64,000 nucleotides of DNA, from assembly GCF_018350175.1 (NCBI RefSeq), contig NC_058368.1, positions 39,186,001 to 39,250,000 on the forward strand. Reading direction: 5' to 3'. Each line of letters begins with the position of its first letter. The first letter of the stretch is position 1. The notes under the pieces are model-generated. The model saw nothing but the letters and a program-made list of their open reading frames with translations. It was not told the origin of the DNA and searched no databases. The stretch comes from Felis catus (Eukaryota). Both the position numbers and the translations under genes were made by a program. Of the stretch, positions 22,886 through 34,086 are shown in pieces.

Positions 22886-23098
22886 GGGTGCCTGCGTGGC
22901 TGTGTTGGTTAAACGTTCAACTCTTGATCCTGGCTCAGGTCATGAACTCAAGGTTTGTGAGTTTGAGCCCACATCCCTCTCCATGATGACAGTGTGGAGC
23001 CTGCTTGAGATTCTCTCTCCCTCTCTCTTTGACCTTCCTGTGTTCTACCTCTCTCTCAAAATAAATACATACTTTAAAAAAAATAAACTAAAAAATAA
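22886..23098 (+). mobile_element. Carnivore SINE (older)
   Basis: GGGTGCCTGCGTGGCTG head; imperfect TSD TAAAACTTATCTACAA / TAAAACTCATCAACAA. Confidence 0.9.
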
Positions 23099-24131
23099 AA
23101 CTCATCAACAAAATCAACATAATAACAACAATAAAGATGTAGTTCAAAATCTGTGGGACAATTAATGCTGTTAAAAATGGTAGAATAAAGGCATTTTTAA
23201 TCTTCTTGATTCTCTGTAATGCATTGAAAACAACAAAATCAATGGGAAGGAGATTGAACAATGATATCATCAATGAAAGAGTGAAATAGTCACAATAAAA
23301 GGTGAAAAGAAACGAAGAATATAATAAATTTATTTGAACTTAACTCAAGGAGGATGAGCAAACCTTATTCATAATTATTTCTTTTTGAGAAGATTGGTAA
23401 TGTGTTAAAAGATAAGTGAAATATCTCAAAAACAAAAAAAAGTATTTGTTTTTATATAAAATTGTATATTCTAGAAGGAAGTGAGTGGACCACAGCTCAA
23501 TAGGATTTTATCTTTGTGTGCATACACTTATAGAGAGAGCCCCAAAATATGTTAATTTGTTTATAAACGTTCAGTTCCCTGTGATTTTTAATTCTCACTA
23601 TTGTCAACATTGTATGAACATGCCAAATTCTATATATTTTCCCTAATACTGATTAATTCCAGTCTTTTAATTTTTGTCAAGTTCAAATTAATGAAACCAA
23701 TACAACATTGATGCCAAAACTTGACAAAAGTTATACAAAGAAAGTTAAGTTATAAATTGAGTTGTTTAAATAGGCCAAAAACATTTAAATATCAGGGATT
23801 TCTTACAGTTCAATCTTACTAATTTCATATGTACAGATAAAGAAATTCCTGATGAATTTCACAGTTAAACATGAATAATAAAACAAAAAGCTTTTGGAAA
23901 AAATCATAGGAGAACATTTTGCTAACAATGGATTAAGCAAAGATTTTGTAAACAGGACAGAAATGGTAACAAGGATAAAAGAAAACAGGATAAACTGCCC
24001 AATAGTAAATTTTCTATTCACCAGAGACACTATTAAACAGCAATAACATACCTTATAAAATAGGAGAGTATATTCCTAATATCTCCTTCTGACAAATGAC
24101 TTGTATGCAGATTATAATTTAAAATCTTCTA

Positions 24132-24364
24132 GGGGTGCCTGGGTGGCTCAGTCGGTTAAATGTCCAACTTCGGCTTGTGTCATGATCTCATAGTTCATGA
24201 GATTGACCTCCACTTTGGGCTCTGTGCTGACAGCTCAGAGCCTGGAGCTTGCTTGGGATTCTGTATCTCCCTCTCTCTCTGTCCCTCCCCAACTTGCACT
24301 CTGTCTCTCTCTCTGTCTCTCTCTCTGTCACTCTCTCTCTCAAAAATAAATATTAAATTTTTTA
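24132..24364 (+). mobile_element. Carnivore SINE
   Basis: Canonical head and body; TSD AAAATCTTCTA at 24121-24131 and 24365-24375. Confidence 0.96.
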
Positions 24365-24602
24365 AAAATCTTCTAATAATTAATAAGAAAAAAAAGGACT
24401 TGAACAGACACTTTACAAAAGGAGATAACCAGTTAACCAAAACCTATGAAAATGTGCGTAATTTTATTGGTCATTGGAAATCCAAAGTAAACCTAATGAG
24501 AGAGCATGCGATGGCAACTGACAAAGTTGGAAAATCTCAAGTGTCAGTGAGCAATTGGAATTCTTCCTTGTGGAGGGAAAGTAAATGGATACAACATCTT
24601 TT

Positions 24603-24814
24603 GGGGTGCCTGGGTGGCTCAGTCAGTTAAGCATCCACTCTTGATTTCAGTTAGGTCATGATCTCACAGTTCATAAGTTCAAGCCCCATGTCCGGCTCTG
24701 CACTGACAGCACAGAGCCTGTTTGGGATTCTCTGTCTCTCTCTCTTCCCCTCCCTTGCTTGTGCACTCTCACTCTCTCTCCCTCTTTCTCTCAAAAATAA
24801 GTATTTTAAACAAA
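24603..24814 (+). mobile_element. Carnivore SINE
   Basis: Canonical head; imperfect TSD GATACAACATCT / GATCCAACATCT. Confidence 0.95.
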
Positions 24815-26096
24815 CTGATCCAACATCTGAAAAATTGTTTGGTAGCATCAGTTGAATGTGGCCATAGGCCTTCCCTATGACCCAATAATCCCATTCTTGG
24901 AATGCTCCAACATACAGCAGAATGTTTATACCAGTGCTATTTATAAAAGACAGAAACTGGAAAGAAATATGTAATATATATTAAAAAGTAGTATTTGAAG
25001 AGAAATAATATAGAGCATTAAGAACAGAAAGAATGTTGGCTTAAAAAAATTAGTACACCCTAACCTTTTATTTATATGAGGTAACAAAAGTGGGAAGACC
25101 AGTATATGCTGACATTGTCAAGATAGTGCTTACCCTCAGAAAGAAATCACCAAAACCAAACATCATAGGGCTTCCAACTTGTTGATAATGTCAATTTCCA
25201 CCATTTCCACTGTGAAATAAACCAGGAAGCCAGTGCATATATCTTTCTCTACCACTCTATCTCCCTAGTTATTCTAACTTTTATCAAGATTATTAATGCA
25301 ATATTAATAATAATAGATTATCATACTAATCTAGATTATCAATATTATGCATTATAAAGCAATTGTTAGGTGGCATTTTAAAAAGTAAATTCACAGATCT
25401 GACAATTGCAGTCTTCTAGATCTCGTGTATATTTATAGAACACTACACATTACTATACAAATGCATGCTTTTCAAATAAACACATAGTTTATTCACCATG
25501 ATAGACCATGCTATAAACCATAAAAAAGGTCATGGTGAATTAACATAATTGAAATCATACAGTTAGTTATTGATTCCTGAAAAATGGACTGAAGACAACT
25601 TTAGCTTTAGGCCTGTAGTCCAGTGAGGGCCTTTCAAAAAGGGAAGTACAAACTTTGTCTTGGACAGTTTTATATTTCCTTTTGCCATAAAAATGCATAT
25701 AGTTAACTCTTGTTTCATTCAGATTACATTTCTAATTACAAAACATTTTATTTAAGGCTTCACCTGAATTTCCTCAGCGCATTTTATATCCTTAATATCA
25801 GTGGAGTCATAATTTTAATTGGATTGTTTCATATTTTGTAGTGTTGATTAGTGGAAATCCTCTACTCAGTTGTATGATCTGTTCAGGTATTAAATGAAGA
25901 TACACTGCAAATCTTATTTTCTTTTAACAAAATTGTGGATTTTTTTCTCTAGCCTAGAATGGAAGCTGCCTCCCTTCTCTGTTTCTGTGTATATATACTA
26001 TAAAAATAATTGAATCTATATTATCGTAATTTATTTTCTTTTTATCTCTCCCGTTTTTTAACCTCTTGACTTTGATTTTTGTTACCTCCCACTTTT

Positions 26097-26340
26097 TTTA
26101 ATTTTTTTAATTTTTTTTTATTTTATTTTATTTTTTTCAATATATGAAATTTATTGTCAAATTGGTTTCCATACAACACCCAGTGCTCATCCCAAAAGGT
26201 GCCCTCCTCAATGCCCATCACCCACCCTCCCCTCCCTCCCACCCCCCATCAACCCTCAGTCCCCCCATCAACCCTCAGTTTGTTCTCAGTTTTTAACAAT
26301 ATCTTATGCTTTGGCTCTCTCCCACTCTAACCTGTTTTTC
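26097..26340 (-). mobile_element. Short 5'-truncated felid L1 (3' UTR only)
   Basis: Antisense of 22560-22740 (ATATGAAATTTATTGTCAAATTGGTTTCCATACAACACCCAG); internal 19-bp duplication CCCCCCATCAACCCTCAGT. Confidence 0.95.
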
Positions 26341-26355
26341 TTATCTCCCACTTTT

Positions 26356-26578
26356 TTTTTTTTAATTTTTTTTTTCAACGTTTATTTATTTTTGGGACAG
26401 AGAGAGACAGAGCATGAACGGGGGAGGGGCAGAGAGAGAGGGAGACACAGAATCGGAAACAGGCTCCAGGCTCTGAGCCATCAGCCCAGAGCCCGACGCG
26501 GGGCTCAAACCCACGGACCGCGAGATTGTGACCTGGCTGAAGTCGGACGCTTAACCGACTGCGCCACCCAGGCGCCCC
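26356..26578 (-). mobile_element. Young felid SINE (CpG-intact)
   Basis: Ends CGACTGCGCCACCCAGGCGCCCC; nearly identical to the copies at 28662, 30938, 46350 and 60731. Confidence 0.97.
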
Positions 26579-26663
26579 ATTACCTCCCACTTTTAACACA
26601 GACACTAGACTTTGGCAGAGATTCAGTTACAATCTATTTAATTGAGTTATAACTCCATATAAC

Positions 26664-26885
26664 TTTTTAAATTAAAAAAAATTAATATTTTCATTTATTT
26701 TTTGAGAGACAGAGGCAGAACATGAGCAGGCGAGGGGCAGAGAAAGGGAGACACAGAATCTGAAGCAGGCTCCAGGCTCTGAGCTATCAGCACAAAGCCC
26801 AATGCAGGGCTCCAACGTACGGACCACGAGGTAGTGACCTGAGCTAAAGTCAGACACTTAACTGACTGAGCCACCCAGGCACCCC
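26664..26885 (-). mobile_element. Carnivore SINE nested in the tail of the adjacent SINE
   Basis: Antisense SINE ending GAGCCACCCAGGCACCCC. Confidence 0.93.
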
Positions 26886-26888
26886 TAA

Positions 26889-27105
26889 TTTTTTTTTTAA
26901 TGTTTATTTATTTTTGAGAGACAGAGACAGAGCGCGAGGGAGGGAGGGGCAGAGAGAGAGAGAGAGAGACAATTCGAAGCAGGCTTCAGGCTCCAGGCTC
27001 TGAGCTGTCAGCACAGAGCCCCATGTGGGGCTTGAACTCACAAACTGTGAGATCATGACCTGAGCCGAAGTTGGCCACTCAACAGACAGAGCCACCCAAG
27101 CATCC
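26889..27105 (-). mobile_element. Carnivore SINE
   Basis: Antisense SINE; TSD ATAACTCCATAT at 26649-26660 and 27106-27117 brackets both tandem SINEs. Confidence 0.93.
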
Positions 27106-28214
27106 ATAACTCCATATTATTTTTAAATGAAATATTTAACTGCCAAGAGCATAGAATATTCAGAAGTTTTTTAGTTTATTTTCATCCCAGCAAATAAGCC
27201 TAACAAAATGTTACTATGATAAAATGTCTTAGTAAATATTGACTCTCAGCAAAGAAAATTAGATTGTATTCAGTGTTAATATTATCAAGCAAAAACCTCA
27301 ATTAGACCACTTATGATTTAAAAACCTATTATGTATCAGACACAGGAACTAAGAAGTTCATTAAGTATTCTTTTCCAGTGTCAGGAAAGATTTATAAATT
27401 TGCTCAAATTCTCTTCCATGTTTGAGACTCTCTCCAAGCTGGAAAGTTTTAAGAAGCAAGAAGTGGAACCTGTAAGTTATACCTTTTATAATTGTCCCTT
27501 TTTTTTTCTAGAAATGATGATCATAACTTTCTACTAGCACTTTTTTAAACTGCTCTTGATTTCAACATTTTACTATAGAATGTTAAAATGATGAAAAAAT
27601 ATATTGATACTACATTTAAATGATGTCCAAAAAGCTCTATAAACTAATGAATAATATAACGCTTATGAATATTGAGTGTATTATTTGAATCCTTCCTCAT
27701 GGGAAATACAACACTATTAAGAATGTACGAGCATTTATTAGTTTTAATTAGAAAGTTTATTCCCTAAACTGAAAACAATTCTTTGACATTTTATTGAAAT
27801 GTATTTTGGGTTTTAGAGGCCAAGGTGTGTTGGTTTTCTATTGCTGCTATAACTTATTACCACGAGATTTCTAGTTTAAAACAACAGAAATTCATTATCT
27901 TACAGTTCTGGAGGTCACAAATATGAAATGCATCTTAAAGGCTAAAATCAAGGTGTCAACATAATTGCCTTCATTTTAGAGACTTTAGGGGGAATCCATC
28001 CTTACCGTTTTTAGCTTCTAGAGCAACCTACATTTCTTTTTCCATGGCCTCTTCATTCAGTTTTGTATCTAGGTCTCTGCTTTTGTCATCACATCTTTCT
28101 GATTCTGACCCTCCCTCTTTCTTCTTAAAGAACTCTTATGATTAAATTGGGCTCCCCCAGATAATCCAGGTTAATCTTCATATCTCAAGATCTTTAATAT
28201 AAAAGCAAAATCCT

Positions 28215-28616
28215 TCTATTAATCTGCTTGGGCTGCCATACCAAAATACCACAAACTGGATGACTTGAAAACAACAGAAATTCATTTTCTCCCTGTTCTG
28301 GAGCCTAGTAATCTAAGATCGAGATGTTAGCAAGTTGATTTCTGTTGAGGCCTCCTTGGCTTGCAGATGGCCACCTTCTCTTTGTGTCCCCACATGGGCC
28401 TTTCCTGTGTATGTGCATCCTTGGTGTCTCTCTATGGTCCAAATTTCCTCTTATTTTTAAGGACACCAGTCAGATTGGATCAGCACTCACCCTAATGGCC
28501 TCATTTTACTTTGCCACCTCTTTAAAGGCCCTGTTTTCAAACATTCATATCTTGAGGTTCTGGGGTTAGGACTTCAACATACCAGTTCTGAGGGAAACAC
28601 AATTCAGCCTAGAACA
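28215..28616 (-). mobile_element. MLT1B-like MaLR LTR nested in the MLT1D-like LTR
   Basis: GGGCTGCCATACCAAAATACCACAAACTGG...AAGGACACCAGTCAGATTGGAT...GGACTTCAACATA...CACAATTCAGCC..AACA; approximate 5-bp TSD ATCCT/GTCCC. Confidence 0.85.
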
Positions 28617-28661
28617 GTCCCTTTTGCCATATAAGGTAATATAGTTAAAGACTGCAAGGAT

Positions 28662-28879
28662 CGGGCGCCTGGGTGGCGCAGTCGGTTAAGCGTCCAACTT
28701 CAGCCAGGTCACGATCTCCCAGTCCGTGAGTTCGAGCCCCGCGTCGGGCTCTGGGCTGATGGCTCAGAGCCTGGACCTGTTTCCGATTCTGTGTCTCCCT
28801 CTCTCTCTGCCCCTCCCCCGTTCATGCTCTGTCTCTCTCTGTCCCAAAAATAAAAAATAAACGTTGAAAAAAAAAAAAA
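28662..28879 (+). mobile_element. Young felid SINE
   Basis: Perfect 15-bp TSD AAAGACTGCAAGGAT (28647-28661, 28880-28894), pure A tail. Confidence 0.98.
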
Positions 28880-30937
28880 AAAGACTGCAAGGATTATGAC
28901 ATGATATATTTAGGGTACTAGCATCCTGTGTGCCACACATGATTGCAATTATAATTTCTTGTGAATTGACAGTTAAAATTACTTAACTACCAAGTCCAGA
29001 AGGGATATGTGACTTCAGTAAGAAGGTAGAGATGCAGGTCTCCTTTAGGCTTTTTTATTCCTATTCTGAGTGTATGCCTTTTTTATAACAAGTGTTTTTA
29101 CTATTATTTTACTTGATTGCAACTTATTATTTAAAATATAGTGAATGTTCCAACAATTAGTCAATCATTTATTTTGTTGAATGTTGATCTCAAAGCCTAA
29201 CTATACTTAGGCTTTTTTATTATACTTCTTTTTGTAGTTCATCTTTTTGTACTTTTATCTTCTAAATATATTAGAAGCACAATATTGTTTAACATTTTTT
29301 GAAAATGCAATACAATTATAGGATCTTTTCCTACTTTTTATTACCATATTAAGCATATTAGCATATTATTCGAATGCAGATTTTGTTCATATGACTTCTA
29401 ATCTCTAGCTTTGTCTTAATTGTTCAATTCACCATATTCTTACAAAATTACTAAAATTAAAATGTGATGATTTATCTTTGATTATTCTCTCATTGAAAAT
29501 CTATTTGAAGGAAAGAGTAATAATGTTCAGCAAGCTTTCACAGAGTCCTTCTGTGCCTTTTCTCAATCATATTTCTGTTGAAGTTGTTAAACTGTTGTCT
29601 GATATTTGAAAATGTCATAGTAACACGCATTTATCTCTATAAAACAAACAAACAGGCGACTCAAATACTCTGCTTGTTGAAAATGTCATCGCATCCACAC
29701 TGGAATAATGTATTTATTTTCTCTCCCTTCAAAAAGTTATACCTCACTTCCAAGGCACTCTTAAATCATCAGATAGTAATAAAATATAGTAAACTCAAGT
29801 TTAGTGTCACAGATAGAGTTCAGTGCCACCAAGGGTCTTATATGCAAAGCATAGTCTTATGGGGTGCTCTATATTTAGCATCTCTTGGTCAATGGCCATA
29901 AGGCAAGACAGTTAATTCCCAAAATATTTAAAATAAAGAACTTAGGAAACTTGTCCATTACCCATTGTGTGTAAATTAATTCCAGTAATTAGTACCCACA
30001 TATTTATTATTACTGCATATTTACTATTTTTTACCAAATACATTTGATTTCCCTTTAATTGAAAAGAACTGTAAAAGTCTGAAATTATTCTTGGAAATAT
30101 ATTTGATTTTATTTAAAAATTTGAAAGGACTTCAATATATTATATTTTATAAAATATATATATATTTTATAAAATATTATAAAATATAGTTTATAAAATT
30201 TTATAAAATCAACATACATTTCTGTATTTGTACTTAAGCGCTATACGTACTCTCCACCTTAAGGAAATATTTCCACATGACGTTATTATGCCGAGATTAT
30301 TATTATCTCTATGGCTCAAGAACTGAGTATCTTAGGAAGCCTACAACAAAACCTGCTGACATAGGAAGTCTGAAAATTTTCATTAGTCTTTTCATTAGTT
30401 GCCACATTTGAATCTAAGACATCATATGACAATCTAACTGAATTTTTAGGAAGAAGAACCAGTGGGCTCTTTAATGTGGTTGCTTGTGGGAAAGTAGAAC
30501 TACTAAGAGTCCTAGAAACCAGAAGGTCAAAGTAGTTTGGACGTTGATATCATGCCTTTATCAATTTTGAAGTTTGCATTTGTAAATTAATACAATCTGA
30601 TACTTATGCATGGATGCACATTCTTAATAAAATTACATTTAGTAGTTGGATATTGAATCTGGTTCTAATAAAAATTTCAAGGTTAATAAAGAGGAGACTT
30701 AATGTTAGCTTTTTAAAAACAATAAACAACCAAAAGTAGAATTATCTTAGGAAATACAGGAAAGTTTATATATCTTCAAAAATATAGAAAAAAGGCGACT
30801 GGAATAAAGCTCCATATCTATAATTAATTGGTCTTAACTTATAAATATGGGCAATAGCAATAAATGTAAACATTGAAAACAACCAGAGGACAGGATACAA
30901 AAGATCTAAAAGATGATCTAGAAGATCTTCTAATTCA

Positions 30938-31158
30938 GGGGCGCCTGGGTGGCCCAGTCGGCTAAGCGTCCGACTTCAGCCAGGTCACAATCTCGCGGTC
31001 CATGAGTTCGGGCCCCGCGTCAGGCTCTGGGCTGATGGCTCAGAGCCTGGAGCCTGTTTCTGATTCTGTGTCTCCCTCTCTCTCTGCCCCTCCCCCATTC
31101 ATGCTCTGTCTCTCTGTTTCCCAAAAATAAATAAACGTTGAAAAAAAAATTAAAAAAA
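30938..31158 (+). mobile_element. Young felid SINE
   Basis: TSD AAGATCTTCTAATTCA (30922-30937, 31159-31174). Confidence 0.98.
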
Positions 31159-31826
31159 AAGATCTTCTAATTCAGATGCTTTATTTTAGCCCAATAAGAA
31201 CATCTGTCAAGTTGTATATTAAGTGATATGTTTTACTGATGATAAAATTGAGAAATATCTTTCATTTTGAGTCCTTTCTTCTTCGTGTTTATTTTGCTTG
31301 TTTTCAGTTATTGTATAAAAGAAGACAGCATTTTGTTTTTAAAGCCATATGTATGGAAATAAAAGAAATACTGAAGTTTCACTAAAAATGATATTTTTCT
31401 CTTTTTTTAATGAATGGGGTATAAATATGAATGGGGACATTGTTTTCTATAAAGGAATAAAGTATGACTTTTCCATTTTATAGATTATTTAGATTTTCAT
31501 TATATTCTCAGTAATAGAACTTATTGAACTGAACATATTGGAGTATTTCTTAAAATCATCCAGTAAAATTACACTGAAAATAAGTTTAATTATCTTATTT
31601 GAACAATAAGAATTAATCATTAAAGTCAGAATATTTTTTTTTCTTTTGGGAGCTGAATTATATACCATGTAGCCACATCCTTCCTTCTTATTAAAATATT
31701 CATCATTTACATTATATATGATTTGTTTATAAGAAAGTTTTATGAAACTGAAATATCCATCTGTCTGCACAGTTGGTCTTCAAATGTATTAAAAATTAGG
31801 ATTTGAGTAATGAAAAATAAATTTGT

Positions 31827-31971
31827 GGGGTGCCCAGGTGGCTCAGTTGGTTAAACGTCCGACTTCAGGTCAGGTCATGATTTCACGGTTCATGGGTTAG
31901 AGCCCCTCCCGTGCTCACACTCTGTCCTCTGTCTCTCAAAAATGAATAAACGTTTAAAAAATTTAAAAAAA
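31827..31971 (+). mobile_element. Carnivore SINE with internal deletion
   Basis: Head and tail present; the middle is missing at GAGCCCC/TCCC. Confidence 0.9.
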
Positions 31972-32967
31972 GTAATAGATCTCATATTCACTATAATTAT
32001 TCCCATTTTAATTTAGGTTAAGGAATGTAGAAATCCAGTCCCATTTCACTGACTATAAATCCTATTCCTGCTTGCTATCAAGCTTCCTGTGAAACCAGTT
32101 TCTTATAAAAAATCATCGGTATATGAGTAATAGGTCTTAACTCATTTTTCTGTTGTTAGGGAGCAAACAAAGCAACAGGCCTGCCAGCCAAAAATCTAGA
32201 AACCTCTAGATTTCATTGTACCTGAGAGAAAGAGAGGTTCTTATGTCCACAATAGCAAAACATGGGAGCCTTGTGTATAAAGTTGCCTTTATCTCCAAAC
32301 TTCCACAAAAACAGAGTTTTGAAAAGAACTGTAGAACAGATGATATTACTTGGAGATCATCTCAATTATAGACGCTTTAAAAAAGGGTATACTACTTGGC
32401 CTCAACACGATGCTGTTCTGTTTCAAATATGCTTTAGATCTCTCAATAACAAAATTCACTATGTAGAAATTAACAAAGTTGGCCAGTGTCACCAAATATT
32501 CCCACAGTATTTTAATCTTTATTGGGCTATGCTAGCCAACAGCACATCATTGCATGTTTGACAAGTACTGGAATCACAGCACAAAAAATTAATCTGTTTA
32601 TTAATCATAGCACAAAAAATTGATCTATTGATTAGTAATTTCTTGCTATTGGGCGGGTCTGTCATCTTAGGAAACTGATGGCTACCTTCACGTAACCCAT
32701 GATACCATCTACAGTCAATTTTGGCTCATCATATAGATCTGTCACTTCTAAGTTAAAATTCTGATATTATATAATGATGAATCTAGTTAACGACAAAATC
32801 ATAAAACTAAAAAAATAGAAGATAATAATAAGATAGAAGTTGAAGTGGTGAAGAGCTATGGAAAAGAACTAAAAGTATTAAGAGTGGTCATGTCCCTACC
32901 CAAAATAACACTCTGGGCATATAATTTTAAAGCAAGTTAGAGGACAGTTTCAAGAAACAGATAATTC

Positions 32968-33320
32968 TTTTTTTTAATTTCTTATTTGCATATAATTAAC
33001 ACATAATATTATATTGGTTTCAGGTGTACAACATCATGGTGATTCAACATCTCTATAAGTTATGCTGGCTCAGCACAGGTGTAGCCACCATCTGTCAGCA
33101 TACAACATTATTCCAATGCCACTACCTATATTCCCTATGCTGTACCTGTTATTCTCATGACTTATTCTTTCCATAACTGGAAGCCTGTAATTCCCATTCC
33201 CCTTCACCCACTTTGCTCATTTCCTCACCCCTTCCCTCTGGCAACCATCAGTTTGTTTTCTGTATTTTTCAGTCTGATTCTGCTCTTTTTTATTTATTTG
33301 TTTTGTTTTTTAGATTCCAC
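32968..33320 (-). mobile_element. Carnivore-age L1 3' UTR fragment
   Basis: TTGGTTTCAGGTGTACAACAT...CCCTCTGGCAACCATCAGTTTGTT...TTTTAGATTCCAC. Confidence 0.85.
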
Positions 33321-33579
33321 TAGCAAACTTCTCTCTTCTGGACCATTACAATAGATGACTAACTGTTTACATTTTTCCCGATTCCTATAATCTGTTATTC
33401 ACAAGATGACTCTGCATGACCTTTCTGAAATTGATATTTTATAATTTTTCATTGTTGCTTAACATCCTTCAATAGCCTCAATTTTATCTTATAATAAAAA
33501 ATTACTCTGCTTTAAATAGCCTCTCTCTTTTAGCTTTGTGTCTCTCCACTCTCTTTGTTTCTGTCACACTGGCTTTCTT

Positions 33580-33781
33580 GTATGGAACCACAAAAGACCC
33601 AGAGTAGCCAAAGTAATATTGAAGAAGAAAACCAAAGTGGGAGGCCTCACAATCCCAGACTTCAGCCTCTACTACAAAGCTGTAATCATCAAGACAGCAT
33701 GGTATTGGCACAAAAACAGACACATAGACCAATGGAGTATAATAGAGAACCCAGAATTGGACCCACAAATGTATGGCCAAC
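33580..33781 (+). mobile_element. Internal L1 ORF2 fragment with no 3' UTR or poly(A)
   Basis: Encodes [52 protein letters not shown]; matches 21224-21425. Confidence 0.95.
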
Positions 33782-33791
33782 ACATACATTT

Positions 33792-33875
33792 CGACGGGGC
33801 TCAAACCCACGGACCGTGAGATCATAACCTGAGCCGAAGTCCGACGCTTAACCAACCGAGCCACCCAGGCACCCC
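33792..33875 (-). mobile_element. SINE, 5' half only
   Basis: GGGGCTCAAACCCACGGACCGTGAGATC...GAGCCACCCAGGCACCCC; body and tail absent. Confidence 0.9.
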
Positions 33876-33881
33876 TCTTTC

Positions 33882-34086
33882 TTTTTTTTAATGTTTATTT
33901 ATTTTGAGAGACACAGAGACAGCACGAGTGGGGGAGGGATGGAGAAAGGGAGAAGGAGAATCCCAAGCAGGCTTCACACTGTCAGCACAGAGCCTGATAT
34001 GGGACTGGAACTCATGAACCTTGGGGTCCTGACCTGAGATGAAACCAAGAGTTGGATGCTTAAGCCACTGAGCCACCCAGGTGCCC
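33882..34086 (-). mobile_element. Carnivore SINE
   Basis: Antisense SINE; TGGCTTTCTT at 33570-33579 and 34090-34099 is the likely TSD. Confidence 0.93.

Larger units (their letters stand above)
23690..25200 (+). mobile_element. Ancient L1M (L1ME-like) ORF2/3' remnants, interrupted by two SINEs
   Basis: GAAAAAATCATAGGAGAACATTTTG, GACTTGAACAGACACTTTACAAAAGGAGATA, CCCTATGACCCAATAATCCCATTCTT. Confidence 0.65.
27826..28937 (-). mobile_element. MLT1D-like MaLR LTR (outer element, interrupted twice)
   Basis: TGTGTTGGTTTTCTATTGCTGCTATAAC...CAGATAATCCAGG..ATCTCAAGATC...CCTTTTGCCATATAAGGTAA...CCACA. Confidence 0.8.
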
